Source: Candidatus Yanofskybacteria bacterium
Lineage (GTDB): Bacteria; Patescibacteriota; Minisyncoccia; 2-02-FULL-40-12; GWA2-44-9
Direction: 5' to 3'
Assembly (NCBI GenBank): GCA_016181045.1
Contig: JACPAB010000002.1
Coordinates: 61,126 to 125,125, forward strand
DNA: 64,000 bases
Position numbers and translations under genes: made by a program. Shown piece by piece: positions 62,822-64,000 of the stretch; position 1 is the stretch's first letter, and each line of letters opens with the position of its first letter. A model generated the notes under the pieces. That model had not been told where the DNA came from, did not search any database, and saw only the letters and a program-made list of their open reading frames with translations.

Positions 62822-63958
62822 TCAATAGTTTATATTGATGATGGTTTTTTCGGGCTTATTCGGGATGCTTTTGACCCAGAATGGGGACAATATCACCTTG
62901 GCGGATCCTACTCCGGCAACGCCCCGAAGATAGGATTTTATATCGTCTTCGTCTTTTCCGGCCAGTTCCTGTTTTATCTTGCCGGTGTCTATTTTTGCGT
63001 AGGCGGTGCCCGATATGGCGACCGTAAACTCAAGCAGGTTCTCGGCGTCCTTGAAATTAATGGACTTGTAGCTCAACTGGAGCTTGTCCGGAATTACTTC
63101 CAGATTCCTGGTCTTTTCGACGTGCTGTTTAACCAGCCCGTCGAGGTCCGGCTGATTGAACCCGATGGTCTTGAGCGAGCCCTTGAGCGACATGGTAAAG
63201 CTGTCGGCCGCTTCGTCTATCTTGGCGCTCGATTCCGGCTGGCCTATTTTTACGGATAACTTGTCGATGGTCTTGAGTCCCGCCGTCTGGAGCTTGAGGC
63301 CTTCGTCGATATCTTTTTGGAGCTGGGCTTGGAGTGTCTCCTTGGCTTTGTTGTAGTCGTTTTCGGTAATCACTTTTGCCCGGCCGCTTATCCCGCCCTT
63401 CATCGCTTCGGCGGTTTCTCCGTAGATCTTCTCATACCGGCCGGCGTCGGCTCTTTCGTTGAAGGCCGGGATAACGAATTTTCCGGCAGAGATGTTATAC
63501 GTCTCTCCGGCTTTATCGGCGACAACCTCGACATCTACCGCGCCGGGGGTTATCTCGCCGTTGGCCACTTTGGTTCCGGGGACGGTCACCGTCGTCAGCG
63601 TCCGGAAGATAAGGCCGTCTTTTTCGAACCGAGTTGTGGCGATAAGGACCTGCGGGGTCGTGCCATAGGCGTTATAAATCTTCATCATGCCTCGGGCTTT
63701 CTGGGCGACGTCTTTCTCGCCTGTGGCCGGGAATGTCCGGCTGACGGTCTTGTCAACACTGAAAAGCTGTCCAGGGATCTTGTTCAAATTCTGATCTACC
63801 AAAGAAAATTTATCCGAAGCGGAGACCTTCAGCTCCGTTTCGAGGGGCTGTTTTTGCGGAACGATCTCTATTCTTGCGTTTCCGGTGGATACGAATATTA
63901 TCGCTCCCAAAAGAAGAAGAGAAACGCCTCCAAGGATAATGACAGATTTTTTGGACAA
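62822..63958 (-). CDS. hypothetical membrane-anchored extracytoplasmic protein
   Basis: N-terminal TM segment. 378 aa with no recognisable motif. Positioned where map, adk or secY would normally be expected. Confidence 0.4.
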   Translation of the reverse strand: MSKKSVIILGGVSLLLLGAIIFVSTGNARIEIVPQKQPLETELKVSASDKFSLVDQNLNKIPGQLFSVDKTVSRTFPATGEKDVAQKARGMMKIYNAYGTTPQVLIATTRFEKDGLIFRTLTTVTVPGTKVANGEITPGAVDVEVVADKAGETYNISAGKFVIPAFNERADAGRYEKIYGETAEAMKGGISGRAKVITENDYNKAKETLQAQLQKDIDEGLKLQTAGLKTIDKLSVKIGQPESSAKIDEAADSFTMSLKGSLKTIGFNQPDLDGLVKQHVEKTRNLEVIPDKLQLSYKSINFKDAENLLEFTVAISGTAYAKIDTGKIKQELAGKDEDDIKSYLRGVAGVGSAKVILSPFWVKSIPNKPEKTIININY

Positions 63959-64000
63959 ATTCCTGAATTCGAACCGGAAAAACGGTTTTCGTGGTTCAGC

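Overview
This window is AT-rich (about 40% GC) with tightly packed genes, and looks like a reduced Patescibacteria/CPR-type bacterial chromosome. Most of it is conserved housekeeping: the end of rplJ; a dcw cluster (mraZ-rsmH-ftsL-ftsI-murF); tRNA-Val and tRNA-Glu; rplU, recR and dnaB; cysS and an Nramp transporter; a heat-shock operon hrcA-grpE-dnaK-dnaJ with a CIRCE site; efp, znuCB, def-fmt, priA, gltX and a type-II NADH dehydrogenase; rpmA, rplI and ctpA; a glycosyltransferase/LCP/Wzy surface-polysaccharide cluster; mreB; and a ribosomal block (rpsI, rplM, rplQ, rpoA, rpsD, rpsK, rpsM, rpmJ, infA). The accessory content includes a full-length intein with a LAGLIDADG endonuclease inside dnaB, a free-standing LAGLIDADG homing endonuclease next to a DnaQ-like exonuclease plus PD-(D/E)xK nuclease pair, an orphan Cas2-like protein flanked by palindromes, a GHKL/MORC-like ATPase operon with small membrane proteins in an AT-rich island of hypotheticals, two GC-rich foreign islets (an ABC exporter and a pair of small membrane proteins), and a roughly 400-nt GC-rich structured non-coding region between dnaK and dnaJ with its own terminator. 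The genome also carries several families of short palindromes and tandem repeats that sit both in intergenic spacers and in frame inside coding sequences. Functions are inferred from motif recognition by eye, with no database search run.
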